Assembly (NCBI GenBank): GCA_944358125.1
Contig: CALVQM010000003.1
Location: forward strand, 1 to 37,671
DNA length: 37,671 bases
Direction: 5' to 3'
From: an uncultured Bacilli bacterium
GTDB taxonomy: Bacteria; Bacillota_I; Bacilli_A; RF39; UBA660
The translations under genes were made by a program, and so were the position numbers. Shown in pieces: positions 37,543 through 37,671 of this stretch (position 1 is its first letter; every line of letters starts with the position of its first letter). The notes under the pieces are model-generated. The model was not told where the DNA came from and searched no databases. It saw only the letters and a list, made by a program, of their open reading frames with translations.

Positions 37543-37602
37543 ATGGAGTTTCGGCTAGTAGTAATATTACCGTATAAAAAAACATTAGTCATAGTGATAT
37601 GA
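37543..37602 (+). CDS. Small hydrophobic peptide MEFRLVVILPYKKTLVIVI (type I toxin-like); 3' end supplied by the IS
   Basis: AAAGGAG SD 6 nt before ATG 37543; upstream anti-SD CTCCTTT; below the ORF-track length cutoff. Confidence 0.45.
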   Translation: MEFRLVVILPYKKTLVIVI

Positions 37603-37671
37603 ACCCCGTTTCTTGGACAAAAGAAACGAGGTTTTTATTTATATGAAACAACTAAATTATAAAGATAAAAT
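37595..37671 (+). mobile_element. Left end of an IS3-family (IS150-like) insertion sequence with the start of OrfA
   Basis: TG-initiated terminus TGATATGAACCCCGTTTCTTGGACA, hairpin covering a GAGG RBS, ATG 37643 MKQLNYKDK; window ends here. Confidence 0.65.

Noticed and set aside
37362-37577. 71-aa ORF from the track
   Set aside because: TTG start with no RBS, and it runs through a terminator, a promoter and a structured leader; the SD-led ORF at 37543 fits better
1-37671. CRISPR array, rRNA, DGR template repeat or reverse transcriptase, parS or Noc-binding sites
   Set aside because: No spaced repeats, rRNA-like sequence, AAC-rich copy of the variable region, RT ORF or perfect parS/NBS palindrome seen by eye; weak matches could have been missed

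Overview
Very AT-rich chromosomal segment from a low-GC Bacillota organism. Gene content and style suggest an uncultured, reduced-genome Bacilli lineage such as RF39 (inference). Most genes are on the minus strand. The window holds a cell-wall polysaccharide cluster (tagO/wecA-like, O-antigen-ligase-like, an inserted AAA/DUF4143 ATPase, wzm, partial wzt), cysS, pflBA, a CDF transporter, a SWIM-SNF2 helicase, secG, tRNA-His, a Rieske/FAD oxidoreductase, a DUF2075 helicase, a D1-only Clp ATPase, superoxide reductase, TetR and a Noc-like ParB protein. It ends in the left end of an IS3-family element. Four loci stand out. (1) An overlapping operon of a TIGR03916-like radical SAM, DUF4130 and a divergent GroEL paralog with no GroES or GGM tail, behind a consensus promoter whose -35 overlaps a LexA/SOS-like box. 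(2) A defence island 3' of tRNA-His: XRE, two C5 MTases, an unknown gene, McrB and McrC (BsuMI/LlaJI-like layout), followed by a LigD with PE and Pol domains but no ligase domain. (3) A membrane-anchored surface protein whose C-terminal ~100 bp is GC-rich and built of NNY codons, as expected of a diversity-generating-retroelement variable region; no TR or RT is visible here. (4) An unannotated type I toxin-antitoxin-like locus (sequestered SD, 19-aa hydrophobic peptide, candidate antisense promoter) hit by the IS. All calls come from reading motifs by eye; no searches were run.
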